A stretch of DNA of 63,822 nt, the filler included, from Olpidium bornovanus S191 (lineage: Eukaryota > Fungi > Olpidiomycota), in NCBI GenBank assembly GCA_017911155.1. It is 27 parts of 27 records of this genome, joined end to end, with 100 filler letters (N's around TTAATTAATTAA, not from the genome) between each part and the next. Parts side by side here need not be neighbours in the genome. Positions count along the whole stretch, not along the records: positions 23,044 to 25,094 come from JAEFCI010010140.1; positions 25,195 to 27,593 come from JAEFCI010012319.1; positions 27,694 to 28,911 come from JAEFCI010006910.1; positions 29,012 to 30,715 come from JAEFCI010006605.1; positions 30,816 to 31,905 come from JAEFCI010010750.1; positions 32,006 to 36,370 come from JAEFCI010010664.1; 21 more parts are not named here. One strand, written 5' to 3'. The translations under genes and the position numbers were made by a program. Shown here one piece after another: positions 23,144-34,495 of the stretch (its first letter is position 1; each line of letters starts with the position of its first letter). The notes beneath the pieces are model-generated. The model saw nothing but the letters and a program-made list of their open reading frames with translations, had not been told where the DNA came from and did no database searches.

Positions 23144-23638
23144 GAACCAACGTTGTTTGACATGAGCATCGGGGAAAACATCATGTGGGGCTCCGACCGC
23201 GAGTTCGTCCTGGAGGAGGAGGTCGTCGAGGCCGCCAAGATGGCCAACATTTACGACTTCGTGATGTCCCTGCCACGTGGGTTCGACACACGGGTCGGCG
23301 CGGGCGGCTCGCAACTCTCGGGGGGGCAAAAGCAGCGCATCGCGATCGCGCGCGCGCTTATCCGCAAGCCCTCCATCCTACTCCTCGACGAGGCGACCTC
23401 GGCGCTCGACTCCGAGTCCGAGAAGCTCGTCCAGGAGGCCATCGACAACGCCATCGTCCAGCGCAGCCGCACCGTCGTCACGATCGCGCACCGGTTGAGC
23501 ACCATCCAGGACGCGGACTTGATCGCCGTGATCAAGGACGGCCGCGTCGTCGAGAGCGGGACGCACTTCGAACTGCTGGACCTGAACGGCGTTTACGCTG
23601 ACCTCGTCAGTCAGCAGAGTTTGAACGTCCTTCACTGA
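23144..23638 (+). CDS. ABCB/MDR (P-glycoprotein-like) transporter, last exon (NBD2)
   Basis: [21 protein letters not shown] (ABC signature), [11 protein letters not shown] (Walker B), IAHRLSTIQ. Confidence 0.95.
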   Translation, partial: EPTLFDMSIGENIMWGSDREFVLEEEVVEAAKMANIYDFVMSLPRGFDTRVGAGGSQLSGGQKQRIAIARALIRKPSILLLDEATSALDSESEKLVQEAIDNAIVQRSRTVVTIAHRLSTIQDADLIAVIKDGRVVESGTHFELLDLNGVYADLVSQQSLNVLH

Positions 23639-23675
23639 TTTCTCTGTCTCTCCCTTTCTCTCTCTGCCCTCCCCT

Positions 23676-23727
<52 letters not shown>

Positions 23728-23786
23728 CCCCCCCCTTCCCCCCCTCCCCCCCCCCCCCCCCCCCCCCCCTCCCCCCCTCCCCCCCT

Positions 23787-23880
23787 TGCTCCTTGCTCCT
23801 CCCTTTTGAAGGTTGCTTACCGGCCCCACACCCTGCTCCTTTGCTCCTCCCTTTTCAGGTTGCTCCTCGCTTACCGGTAA
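23787..23880. repeat. Imperfect direct duplication of about 45 bp (TGCTCC-TTGCTCCTCCCTTTT..AGGTTGC..TTACCGG), possibly the LTR edge of the downstream element
   Basis: Two near-identical copies read directly. Confidence 0.6.
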
Positions 23881-24099
23881 ATTCGCCGGTATCAGTTTCA
23901 GACGTCAGTCAGAAGCATCCCGCGAACGCTGTTTTCACTTTTTGGCCAATGGCAATATAATTTATAAGTAGGCAATATTGTAATGCTATATAAAACAATA
24001 TTGTAGTACAATACAACTTGAAAGTGCAATTTCCCCCCCCCCCCCGGATCCGTGATCCTAATTGTAATCGGCTGCCGCGGCTCCGGAGAAACCGCGCCC

Positions 24100-25094
24100 G
24101 ACCCTGGTATGTCTGCTGCCGAACCGCCGTCGACTGCCCTCCCCCTGACGGCCCCATCGACCGCTGTCCAGTCGCAGTTGCAACGGAGGGCGGGTCCTGG
24201 AAGGAGGCGGAGGCTGAGGAAAACGTTCAGGTCTACAGACCTAACAAGGATGACGCCAAGACGCTTTATGGAATGGGTCGAGGCGCCTTGCGATGGCGCG
24301 GACCTGGAAGCGGTAATGCGCGAGTTTAACTGAAAGTTCGAGCAGCTCGACCAGCGCGAGAGGGCGAGGTTTTACGACCGAATGGAGTTCCTGCTCCGGG
24401 AGCTGCCGGCTAACAGGCGAACGGAGGCGATGAAAAGGCTCCGTGATGGTGAGAACCTTGTGGAAGATTGGGCGCGGGTAACCGAGGTCGTCTGTGAAAT
24501 GTCGTGGGGCGACAGGCTGCTTCGGAGAGTGGAGACAGCGGTCTCTGATGTGGAGACAAGGCAAGACCAGTCGCCGACAGAAGGGGCCCCGAAGAGACCG
24601 GCCGCCGAAAGGGGACCAGGGAAGGAACCGGAGATGGACGAACTTCCCCAGCAGATGGGGGCACTTAGACTTGATCTCAATCACTTGCTGGCTTCATCAG
24701 CCCTGGGAGCAACCCCTTTGATGATGGACGGCCGGATCAAGGGGTCGCTCGGGGCCCGCAGCCCTGGGAGCAACCCCATCGATGAGACCTTTGATGGGAC
24801 GGCCGGATCAAGGGTTTGATCGGGACCCGCCAGCCCAGCAAGACCAGGGTCAAAGAGACTTGTGCATCTGGTGCAATGCGCCGGGTCATCGGCGGGCACA
24901 TTGCCCCGATTTCCAGGCTGTGTTGAGTGCGCGAGCCGTCCAGTTGGTGGCCGGAAGGATCTGCAGGTTGGACGGGAGCTTGCTGGGGTCAAGGTTTGGA
25001 AGAGGGGGAATTCGTGAGATCGTCTGAGAGGAGCGGGGGTTGGGGCCTCAACAGCCTGGGGCCCCGCTGGGCGGCGGGTCTGCGCGTGGTCATG
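24100..25094 (+). mobile_element. Degenerate LTR-retrotransposon gag (gypsy-type) with CCHC zinc knuckle
   Basis: CIWCNAPGHRRAHC (CX2CX4HX4C) at about 24865-24906, preceded by a capsid-like helical region with stops and frameshifts. Confidence 0.8.
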
Positions 25095-25194
25095 NNNNNN
25101 NNNNNNNNNNNNNNNNNNNNNNNNNNNNNNNNNNNNNNTTAATTAATTAANNNNNNNNNNNNNNNNNNNNNNNNNNNNNNNNNNNNNNNNNNNN

Positions 25195-26216
25195 CATGAC
25201 CGAGTCCCAGATCGCCTCGTACGAAAGGTCCGCGTCGTCGTGTAGAATTGTGAACAATGGACTGTCCCACCTGTTCCGCCCGTCGGGCTCTTCGTACCTG
25301 GAAACCAGCTCATCGAATCTGCGCACAGGAGGCGTAGGTGGTCGCCAATTTTACTTCACGTCGTTTAGCGGTGTCGCCGAGCCGACGTTTCGGACATCCG
25401 ATTTATCCGCCGGTGCCGCGCACGCACGTTTTCGGGTCGTATCCGTCGGGTCCCCGCGCGCGGTTCCATTCCGCGGCGTACTCGGCCGGCACAGCCGCGT
25501 GGACCTTAAAAAGATCCCGGCACCCCGTGGGAGGAGGCGTCAAATTCGACCAAGGCGTCAAAAATGCGGAGAGAACGTAAAAACGGAGGTGGGGGGAAGG
25601 GTGTCTTGGGGCACGCTGCTTCTGCCCCGTACCACACAAAAGGTGGACTTCACCAAGCGCGCCGTACAGTAGATCTGGTAGCGCAGCCCCTTGATGTAAT
25701 TAAGCGAGTCCAAGATAACGAGCGAGTCTGCGCTCAGGTACCTCTCGACGGCGGCCAGAATCGCGGAGCGCGCCTTCTTTTCGTCCGCAACGACTTCAAC
25801 GTTTTTTTTTCCCGAGCACGGGGCCGCGAGGGCGGTAAACAAAAGGCCCGCAAAAAAAAAAATGCCCCGGTGGGGGGATATGAACTGAAATGGAAAAAAA
25901 AAACAAAAAAAAAACAAAGCACAGGGCGACGGGGAAAAGCAGGCGTGCGCGATGACGTGCCGCGAGCTGGTACCCGTCGCCGGCTGCTGCGGCGAAGAAA
26001 AAAAATACCTGCGTAGGCGGACTTGGAGATGCCCAGAAGTGCGTCGTCGATGACGTGTACCGCGAAGTTCGTCCGACCGCCAGCTGAGCCGATTTTCTCC
26101 TCTCCGTATCCTCCTTCCTCCTCCGCAGCCATTCTCGTCCGGAAGTAGGCAAGTATCTCGTTTGCCCTCCTGGTCTTTCCGCTGGAGGGGAACCCGGTCA
26201 TCGTGATGAGGGGCAT
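25195..26216 (-). CDS. KTI12: Elongator-associated Kti12, 3' partial; exons 26216-26009, 25793-25633, 25504-25428, 25318-<25195
   Basis: MPLITMTGFPSSGKT (P-loop), ILDSLNYIKGLRYQIYC and RYEEPDGRNRWDSPLF. Confidence 0.95.
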
Positions 26217-26984
26217 GGCGAGGGGACCGAAAGCGGACTGGGACAAGCAGGACGGGCCGGGGTCCGAGTCAAACCACCCAATGTGTTCGGCAGGGCCAAC
26301 GCTCGACGCCGCGCGCCTCCCCTTCCTGCGCTTCCTTTTGCTTCTCGGCCCCTTCCGGCTCTCCGGCGCGCGGGAATCCCGTTGCAGGGCGCTTCCTTTC
26401 TTTGAAAACCGCTTCGCGCCAGGCGGAGTGTGATGAAAAGGGGGTGAAAGGGGGCGAAGGGGGTAAAGGCGGCGGCAGCGGCGGGCCGGTGGTAGTCGGG
26501 AAGCGCCCCCCGTTCCGTTTTCCCCCTTGTCCTTCCAGCGCCCAAGCCGGCGCCCCCGACTTCACGCCCCTGATCCACGCGCCGTGTGCAGGGTGACGAC
26601 GAAGCGGAAGGCATCGGCCCTCTTCGAGAACCGCACGACGGCGCATTTTCGTCAGCACTTTCTGCCGGGCTGGGCGGTCCGGGAGGGGAAAGGGTAAGGG
26701 CGGAATCTCTCTCCAAGCTATGCGCAGGCTCCCCGCCTTCCCCCATCCGTTTGTGCAAATCGGCGAATGCGAAGAACATCTTTTTTTTGGCTGGAGGTTC
26801 AACGCCGGCGCAGAATTTGACTGATGTCGCCGCATCAGGACCTTGTGAGCCGCACGAAGGCACGGTCGTCTGATCTCCTCACTGGCGTCCCTCTGACCGC
26901 CGCCACGTGAAACATCGTCACGCGCGACACAAAATGAGACCAGAGCAGCGTCCGTTGTTGCGCTCCCCCGCTGCCGTACTGACC

Positions 26985-27550
26985 TCACCGGCCTCCCGCC
27001 GAGCCATCCTCTTCTCTCGCAGCTTTAACGGGCCCGGCTCGGCTTGCTTCAGCAGCTCCAGCTGGTACGCCGGCGCCATTCTTATCACGCTGCAACCGCT
27101 CCTGCGCCTTTCTCCGCCTTTTCGACATCACGAAGGGTTCCTCGAACGCCTCCTGCAGCCGGCGAACCTTCTGCTCGCCGAAACCCGGGCAAAAAACCAG
27201 CTCTTCCCGGGGGGCGTTTACAATGCGGCGCAGGGACTGCGCTTCGGCGAAAACCAGAAACAGGATCAACCCCGGGCTCTTCGGGACGGTGGAAGCGGGG
27301 TTGGGGAAGGGGGGAAGCGGCGCATCCCCACGCTCCACCGAACCGCTCATCTCCTGTGACGTGTGAACTCACGCCAAAATGACTGGCTAGTGTGACGACG
27401 TCTGTCTTGTTTACGCTTTTGACACTCGTCAGCACCGCCGCCAGCCGGCCAAGGTAACCCTCTTTTTCGTCAACGCGCTCCCGGATCAAGTCAGGCGGTT
27501 TGTGCTCGAAGGACTTAAACGTCTCCAAATACCGGCCCGCCTCCTCGTTG
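26985..27550 (-). CDS. ERCC1: ERCC1/Rad10 nucleotide excision repair protein, 5' partial; exons 27550-27373, 27236-26985
   Basis: NEEAGRYLETFKSFEHKPPDLIRER, LTSVKSVNKTDVVTL and CPGFGEQKVRRLQEAFEEPF (HhH2 domain). Confidence 0.93.
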
Positions 27551-27693
27551 CTGGCCGCCGGAAAACGGCGACTCGTCAGGCGGGGAAATCATGNNNNNNN
27601 NNNNNNNNNNNNNNNNNNNNNNNNNNNNNNNNNNNNNTTAATTAATTAANNNNNNNNNNNNNNNNNNNNNNNNNNNNNNNNNNNNNNNNNNNN

Positions 27694-28784
27694 CATGTTC
27701 TCCACCACGCCCAGAACAGGAAGGTCGACCTTCCGACAGAAGCTCAGCTCTTTTCGGACATCCGCCAGCGCCACAGCCTAAGCGGCAAAAGCACGCACCT
27801 GGTTAGGGGGATCCGCACCGCCGGCACAAAAGGAAAAAAGGCGCGACTCGGCATGACCGTATCCGCGTGCGCGCGTACCTGCGGCGTGGTGACAAGCACG
27901 GCTCCGTCCGGGCTAAACGACTTCAGATATTCGACGACAGAGATGTGTTCGTCCGAGGTGCCTGGAACGGGGCTTGGGAGCCGTGGGGTTAGCTGACAGG
28001 CGGCGCAAACCACTTACCCGGGCGGGGGCGACCGGTTGTCGTCGCCCAACACGAACCTGGAGGGGTGTCCACAAGCAAATAATCGAGGTCGCCCCAGCAC
28101 ACGTCAGTCAAAAACTGTCGGATCATGGCTGTCACAATCAACAACGTCGGGGGGAGGGGGGATCGGTAAGTCGCCGAGAGCAGTTTTGCGGGTGCAGTCC
28201 GGCGAGGCGGCGTTCCGCAGAAGGAAGAACCCGGATTTCCTCATACCGGACTTCTTCGGGCCACGCCACACAACCGAGTCGTTCTTCGACGGCAGGAGAA
28301 AGCCTATCGACATGCAGCACAAGCGATTCTCCTCGTCGGCAAACACGGGTACCCAACTGAAAAGAAAAGCCGACGAGCGCGAACAGGGGGTTGAAGCGAG
28401 TCAGAGGAACAAACCCGTTCGCCCAGTCTTCCCCACCGGTGAGCAGAACCACCGGCGCGCTGCTGGAGGACTTTGCGCGCGCGGGCGACGGCCGCGATTT
28501 TTTCCCTTTCCGGCAACTCTCGGGACCACATACCCCGACGACGCCTGGTGGACCTTCCGCGCGTCGAGTCCTAGTATGCGCGGCATCGACGGCCCGCAGA
28601 GGTCGACGTCGAGGACGCCCACCCGCTTGCCCCTCGCGTGGAGACTCAGCGCCAGCTGCGCCGTCACGGACGACTTCCCCACCCCACCCTTGCCCGACAG
28701 GACGAGCACCACGTGGGATACGCGGGACAGCCGCGCTGCTCCCGGGGCGGCGGCGCCGTTGGCAGGGCCCGCGCTGCTCGCCAT
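27694..28784 (-). CDS. CFD1: Cytosolic Fe-S cluster assembly P-loop NTPase Cfd1/NUBP2, 3' partial, multi-exon
   Basis: [28 protein letters not shown]...[23 protein letters not shown] and VENM; lacks the Nbp35 N-terminal Cys extension. Confidence 0.93.
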
Positions 28785-28828
28785 TTTTTTTTTTCCTTTT
28801 TTTTTTTTTTTTTTTTTTTTTTGGGGTT

Positions 28829-28863
<35 letters not shown>

Positions 28864-28871
28864 GGGGGGGG

Positions 28872-28911
<40 letters not shown>

Positions 28912-29011
28912 NNNNNNNNNNNNNNNNNNNNNNNNNNNNNNNNNNNNNNNNNNNNTTAATTAATTAANNNNNNNNNNNNNNNNNNNNNNNNNNNNNNNNN
29001 NNNNNNNNNNN

Positions 29012-30060
29012 CATGGGGTTTGAATCAGCCATCCTGAACTTTTCGAACGTTTGAAGTATGAAATGCCTTTGATCCAGCGACCGTTGCTTTCTGCCCGTGG
29101 TCACTCTGATACCCAGGACAAAGGACAGGCCTTCGCCATCGGTCATTTTAAACTTGTCCGCGAGAGCTTCCTCGAAGGCCAGGACCATCTTTTCGTTTGG
29201 CCCGGTGAGGAGAATATCGTCAACGTAGACGACTATGATCAGCTTTGTTGACGATCCTTCACGGAGGGGATAGACGCACGGTTCCGACGCCAGCCTCTCA
29301 AGCCCAAAAGAGTAAGCTCCTCATGAAGGCGAAGGTTTCAAAGGCGCCCGCTTTGCTTTAATCCGTAAAGTGCACGCTTGAGTTGGCAGACATGCGTCGC
29401 CCTGGTGACAAAACACTCTGGTTGTTCCATGAATATCTCCTCGTCGAGTTTCCCGTTAAGGTATGCGAGAACTACGTCCCTTTGACGTGTGGTCCATGAG
29501 TGTCTTGTAGCACTGGCGATGATTTTCCGCATAGCCACGGCAGAGATGACCGGTGAGAATGTCTCCTGGTAGTCAATCCCTTTTACTTGAGAGAACCTTG
29601 GGCCACAAATCGGGGGCGGTATTTGCTCACGCCCCCGTTCGGGTGCAACTTAGGTTTGAACACCCATTAGCCCCGTAGAATGTGGCGGTTTTTTGGTCTC
29701 GAAACGAGCTCCCACGTCGGGAACCCATTCAGCGTGTCGATCTCTAAGTTCATCGCCTCCATCCATTGCATTGCTTCTGGTCCTTTGGCCGCCTCTCGGA
29801 AATTTCGCGGTTCGGGCCCATAGCCCATGGTGCAAGTCCACAGCCCATGGTCGCGGCAAGAGCCCCTTCGTTGGTTACCGGTTTATCTTGGACAGGGAGC
29901 CCCATACGTTGGCAGTACTCGTTGGCCAACTCGATTTCCTTTACGTCAGACGCATCTTCCCAGGTGGTTACGCCGTCGCGGTTTATGACTTTTAAACGCA
30001 GCTTGCGGATTTGTTCCGCGTTGGCGTCGTCTCCGTTAATCTTAAGCCGGTGCCGGTGCC
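29012..30060 (-). mobile_element. Degenerate Ty1/copia reverse-transcriptase fragment
   Basis: EPRNFREA...W..AM..EI, GIDYQETFSPV, AYLNGKLDEEIFMEQPE, LKRALYGLKQSGR, a YVDD-like motif (plus strand CGTCAACGTAG) and LGIRV; stops and frameshifts. Confidence 0.92.
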
Positions 30061-30604
30061 GGTGCTACGCTCAACGTTCTCGTCTTCCTGAGCTTTGAAG
30101 GGGTGCACAAAAAGGGAGGCGGGGAGGTGCGAGGCACCTGTGTCCACGTGCGTCCTCGTGACCTGACAAAAAGGCCCGAAAACACAGCTGTCGTCGAAAG
30201 AAAAGAAAAACCGGGAAAAAAAAAAACAAAATGCGGCCTCTAGATTTTGATGCGCAGCAGCGCCTTTTTTCTGTGTTGAGACGGAACGCGGCAGATGAGC
30301 CACTGTCCCAAGCGCGACCGTGGTATGTAGATGGGAGAGGCATTGGGGAACGCGCGAGAGGGCGGTGGAAAATGGCCGCGGGAGGAAGCGGGAAAATGCG
30401 GCCGCAGTGCGAGCCAAATCGAAACTTCGCCCGATGGAAAAAACAAAAAAAAAAAAAAAAAAAAAAAAAGGGGCGCATGGTGTGTCACACACGTCATTAA
30501 GGGGGGGGGGGCCCGGCTGCCCGTTGCGGGTCGCGCCCGGTAGCACAGAAACAAAAAAAGAAACAAGAAAAAAAGGGGTCCCTCAGGGAAGCGACGTGGG
30601 TTTG

Positions 30605-30649
30605 GTCACGTGATTAAGATTGGTATTTTTGACCCGGTTTGGTCACGTG
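30605..30649 (+). promoter_or_regulatory. Paired GTCACGTG E-box (Cbf1/USF-like) sites with an ATTGG (CCAAT) box between them
   Basis: TTTGGTCACGTG occurs twice, 37 bp apart; function is inferred. Confidence 0.4.
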
Positions 30650-30879
30650 GCAGGCGCGTTTTTCTTGGGCGACAAAAACCCGGCGCGACCCGTCCCCCCC
30701 ACCTTCCCTCCCCCCNNNNNNNNNNNNNNNNNNNNNNNNNNNNNNNNNNNNNNNNNNNNTTAATTAATTAANNNNNNNNNNNNNNNNNNNNNNNNNNNNN
30801 NNNNNNNNNNNNNNNCATGCTCTGATGTACATCGTTGATGGTAGCCATCGTAGTTGGCTGCCAGTATTTTTGCCTTATG

Positions 30880-31700
30880 TCACAAGTCAAAAGAGGAGTA
30901 TATGACCGCGGAGAACGCCTTCAGCTCCGCCATATGCTCCAACCTCTGCAAAACAACGCAGAAAGAAAATGAGTGACAAGAAGCCGACGCCGATCGGCCA
31001 AACGCCCTTCAACACCTCCCTCCCCCCGTTTCCAAACCATACAGACCTTGAGATAGTCGTTCGGTACTCCGTTTATAATATTGTGCGCCTCCCTGGTGAA
31101 AAAAGGCAAAAGCGAAGCAAACGGGAGAGTTTTTTCCACGACCGCAATGTCCGATTTGGTGGGGGGCGGCTCGCTCGGCCTGAGGCCCGGCAGGAACTGG
31201 CCATGGAGGCGGTCGAGAAAAACAGAAAAGCATGCGTCGAGGCATGCTGTTCTGACAACGGCGAAATCAGAACTAAACGCGAAGGAAGCGGGGGCGGCGT
31301 CAGGCCGGCTGCTTTTGCCAGGTACTCAGGAAGAGCAAAAAACACATCTACCTGTCTAGGAAGTCTCGCGCCTCGTCCAAAAGACCGGACAGCTCGTCCG
31401 TGACAACAAGAACCCCGTCCACCCTCCCACCCTGCTGGATAACCAGCTCTTCATCCTCAGGATCGTCCGGCAGCAAAATGCTTCTCATGCTGGCCAACGT
31501 CGTCAGTCGTCAATCGAGATGATAAACGCAACGCGTCAGTAAAGGGCGAAGGGATACCTTCCGACCGGCCAACAGCCGTTTTTCCTCGACGCACTTAAAG
31601 TATGATTTGTTCTCCGTTCCGCTTCCGCATGGAGCCTCGTATTCTACTGCGTCGCGGATATCATTCAGGATAGCCTCCATGTCGGAAAAGGTGCACGGAT
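30880..31700 (-). CDS. Unidentified multi-exon protein, 5' partial
   Basis: Phase-consistent GT-AG splicing gives ...DMEAILNDIRDAVEYE...NMRSILLPDDPEDEELVIQQGGRVDGVLVVTDELSGLLDEARDFLDREAHNIINGVPNDYLKRLEHMAELKAFSAVIYSSFDL*. Confidence 0.6.
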
Positions 31701-32111
31701 GATTCAAAGAGATGCTGAGGTACGCCGAGGGCCCGACGCAGTCCGTTGGCCCAGGCGAAGGTTTTTCCCACCGCGAACATAAATCATGAGACAAGGCACG
31801 TACAACTTCGGAGGGAAAAAAAAATGGGCACCTCGCAAAAACCCTGCACGCACCTCCCAATGCGGGATTTCAGGGCCTTTCGAATCCGTTCCTCGCAAGT
31901 CCTCCNNNNNNNNNNNNNNNNNNNNNNNNNNNNNNNNNNNNNNNNNNNNTTAATTAATTAANNNNNNNNNNNNNNNNNNNNNNNNNNNNNNNNNNNNNNN
32001 NNNNNAGTGTTGTGAATACCGTGATGACACGCGGGAAGGAAACCAAGAGAGACTTTGTCAGAACCGAGGTGGTTTCAACGAGACGCAGGAAGGCGGCTGA
32101 CTAAACCGTAC

Positions 32112-34495
32112 CGCTCAAGGGGCATGCCGAGAGCGCGGTCCCAAATGAGCTGCGAAAGAACACCTAGAGCCCGAGAAACACCGAACAGGACCGTGTAGAA
32201 CTCCTGCTCGACGAAGCCGTAGTGCTGCAATCAACCGAAAGAGAACAAGTCAGCACACGATGCGGAACAGAAAAAAACCGGCGTATAACCTCTCCTCCCT
32301 CCCCTTTCCCCCCAATCCCAGAAACTGGAAAACGCATGCTCGCCTGGAGGAGGATACCGCTGTGTGCGTCAACGTTGGGGTAGGGGTTCTTGGTTTTGCC
32401 GTGCTCGGTGAGCACGCCGGGCGCAACCTCGTAGATCTGACTGACGAGGCGGAACAAGGGGTCATTTGGAAGGTGCTTCATGGCGAACTCGCGCTGACAC
32501 AGGTAGCGCGGGTCGGTGCGGCGGAGTACAGCGTGACCGTAGCCGGGCACAACTTGGCCGGATTTGAGAGTCTTCCACAGGTACTCTTTAATGCTCGCAG
32601 CGTTGACCTCGGTTGTGCCCAGCTCTTCTTTCATTTTCATGATCCAGCGCAGCACCTCCTGGTTGGCAAGGCCATGCAGCGGCCCAGCAAGGCCGTTAAG
32701 CCCAGCCGCGAACGACAGGTAGGGGTCCGAAAGTGCGGACCCGACAAGGTGTGTCGTGTGCGCCGAGACGTTCCCGCCCTCGTGGTCGGCGTGAATCGTC
32801 AGGTAGAGCCGCATCAGCTCAACAAATTTGGAATTGACATCGAAGCCCAGCAGACGAGTGAGATTTGCCGCGTAGTCGAGGTCCGGGTTCACGGAGGCCA
32901 CTTTTCCGTCCTTGTACACGTTGCGGTAGATACGCGCCGCTATGTTGGGCAGTTTCGCGATCAGATCCATCGAGTCCTCGTACGTGTAGTCCCAGTACTC
33001 GGATTTGTGGATTCCGGTCTGGTACGCTCTCGCGAAGGCCGAATCGTGTTGCAGCGCATTCACAGCAATTGAGAACTGCGACATCGGGTGAAGCGTGCTT
33101 GGGCAGCGGTCGAGCAGCTCTTCGACAAACGAGGGGATCGCTGAACGAGCCGCCCATTCCGCGGAAAGCGACTTGACCTGGTCCTTTGTCGCGACCTCGC
33201 CGGTAAGAAGCAGCCAAAATAGGCCTTCTGGCAGCGGCTCCTCACCACCATCAGCCTTCGGAAGGAGTTTCTGGCACTCCGGAATGGTATACCCGCGGAA
33301 GCGAATACCCTACGGCGTTAAATATAGAAAGTATTGGGCATTAAACGCAGATGGAATGGGACATTGCTGGTCCGGGATGGCACGCGTCAAACCGGCGCTA
33401 CTACTGAGAGCAATATGCCTGGGAGCGGAGGGGGGAGGGAGGAAGGGGGGGGGGTGGGAAAGGAGTGGTGGAATGTAGTTCTTCTTCCTACCTCTTCAGC
33501 ATCGAGCAAAGACCCTTCCCAAATCAGACCCTTGATTCCGCGCATGCCGCCGTACACCTAGCGAAGGAGAAGCGACATCAATACTCAAGCGTGTTCTCGG
33601 GCGCAAGATTTCGCGGCAGCTCCGCACGCCGAGCAGCTTCGCTTGATCGGGGCAAACGAGCGTCGCTCACCATATCGACGGTGGTTTCGCCGAGTGATTT
33701 GTCACCAAAGGTGGTTCTGACATATTTCACCTGCGCCTGCTTCTCCGGAATGAGTTCCTTCAGCCGAGATTTCAGACACTGTCAACGCAAGAAAAAATGG
33801 AACGGCGGTTCAGTTAACCGCGCGCACGCTTGCATGCTGCTGCGCGATTGAATTCAACCCTGCGACGCGTACGTGATGAGCCTTCGTCGACGCGCACGCC
33901 CTGGGCCCTCGCCGGAACGAGGGACCGACCCGGGCGGGCAGAAAGGACGGCCGTGCCGCCTAGGACGCAGGAAACATGACGGGGCGGGAGAAAAGCGTTA
34001 GATAAGGGCCCCAAGGCCCCGCCCGTTGGACGCCCCGGACAGGCCGGCCAGCTGTTTGGCAGCTGATCAGACGGGCGATAAGGTAGGAAACCCGCGCGGA
34101 AAGTAGGCGGAAACCAATCTTCCCCCCCTCCCGGTCGTGTCATCTCTCAAGACGTTCCGTGGCGGACGCCCCCCCACTCCCCGCCCCAACCCCCAATCCC
34201 CCTCCACATCAGAGGACTGCGTCCCCGCGCGGACGCAGGGCTGCGAATCACGTTCGGCAGGGCGGGAACCGCGCGCGCCCGATGATTTCGCCGTGGGCGT
34301 GTCCGTGCGCCGGCGACGGGAAACGCGGCTGGTGATGAGAGGAGGCTGGGACGGGGGGAACGGACAAAAAAAGCACAAAAAAAAACGGGAAACGCGGGAA
34401 AGAAAAGGACAAGGGGGGGGGGAGAAAACACCAATACGCACGGCGGCGGCGGCGGCCAGCCAAGCGGCGGACGTTGCGGGACGCAGGGCGAGCAT
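32112..34495 (-). CDS. CIT1: Mitochondrial citrate synthase; final few codons off-contig; includes a GC-AG intron at 32343-32225
   Basis: Presequence [12 protein letters not shown]...RACAST, then [64 protein letters not shown] and LFGVSRALG. Confidence 0.97.
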
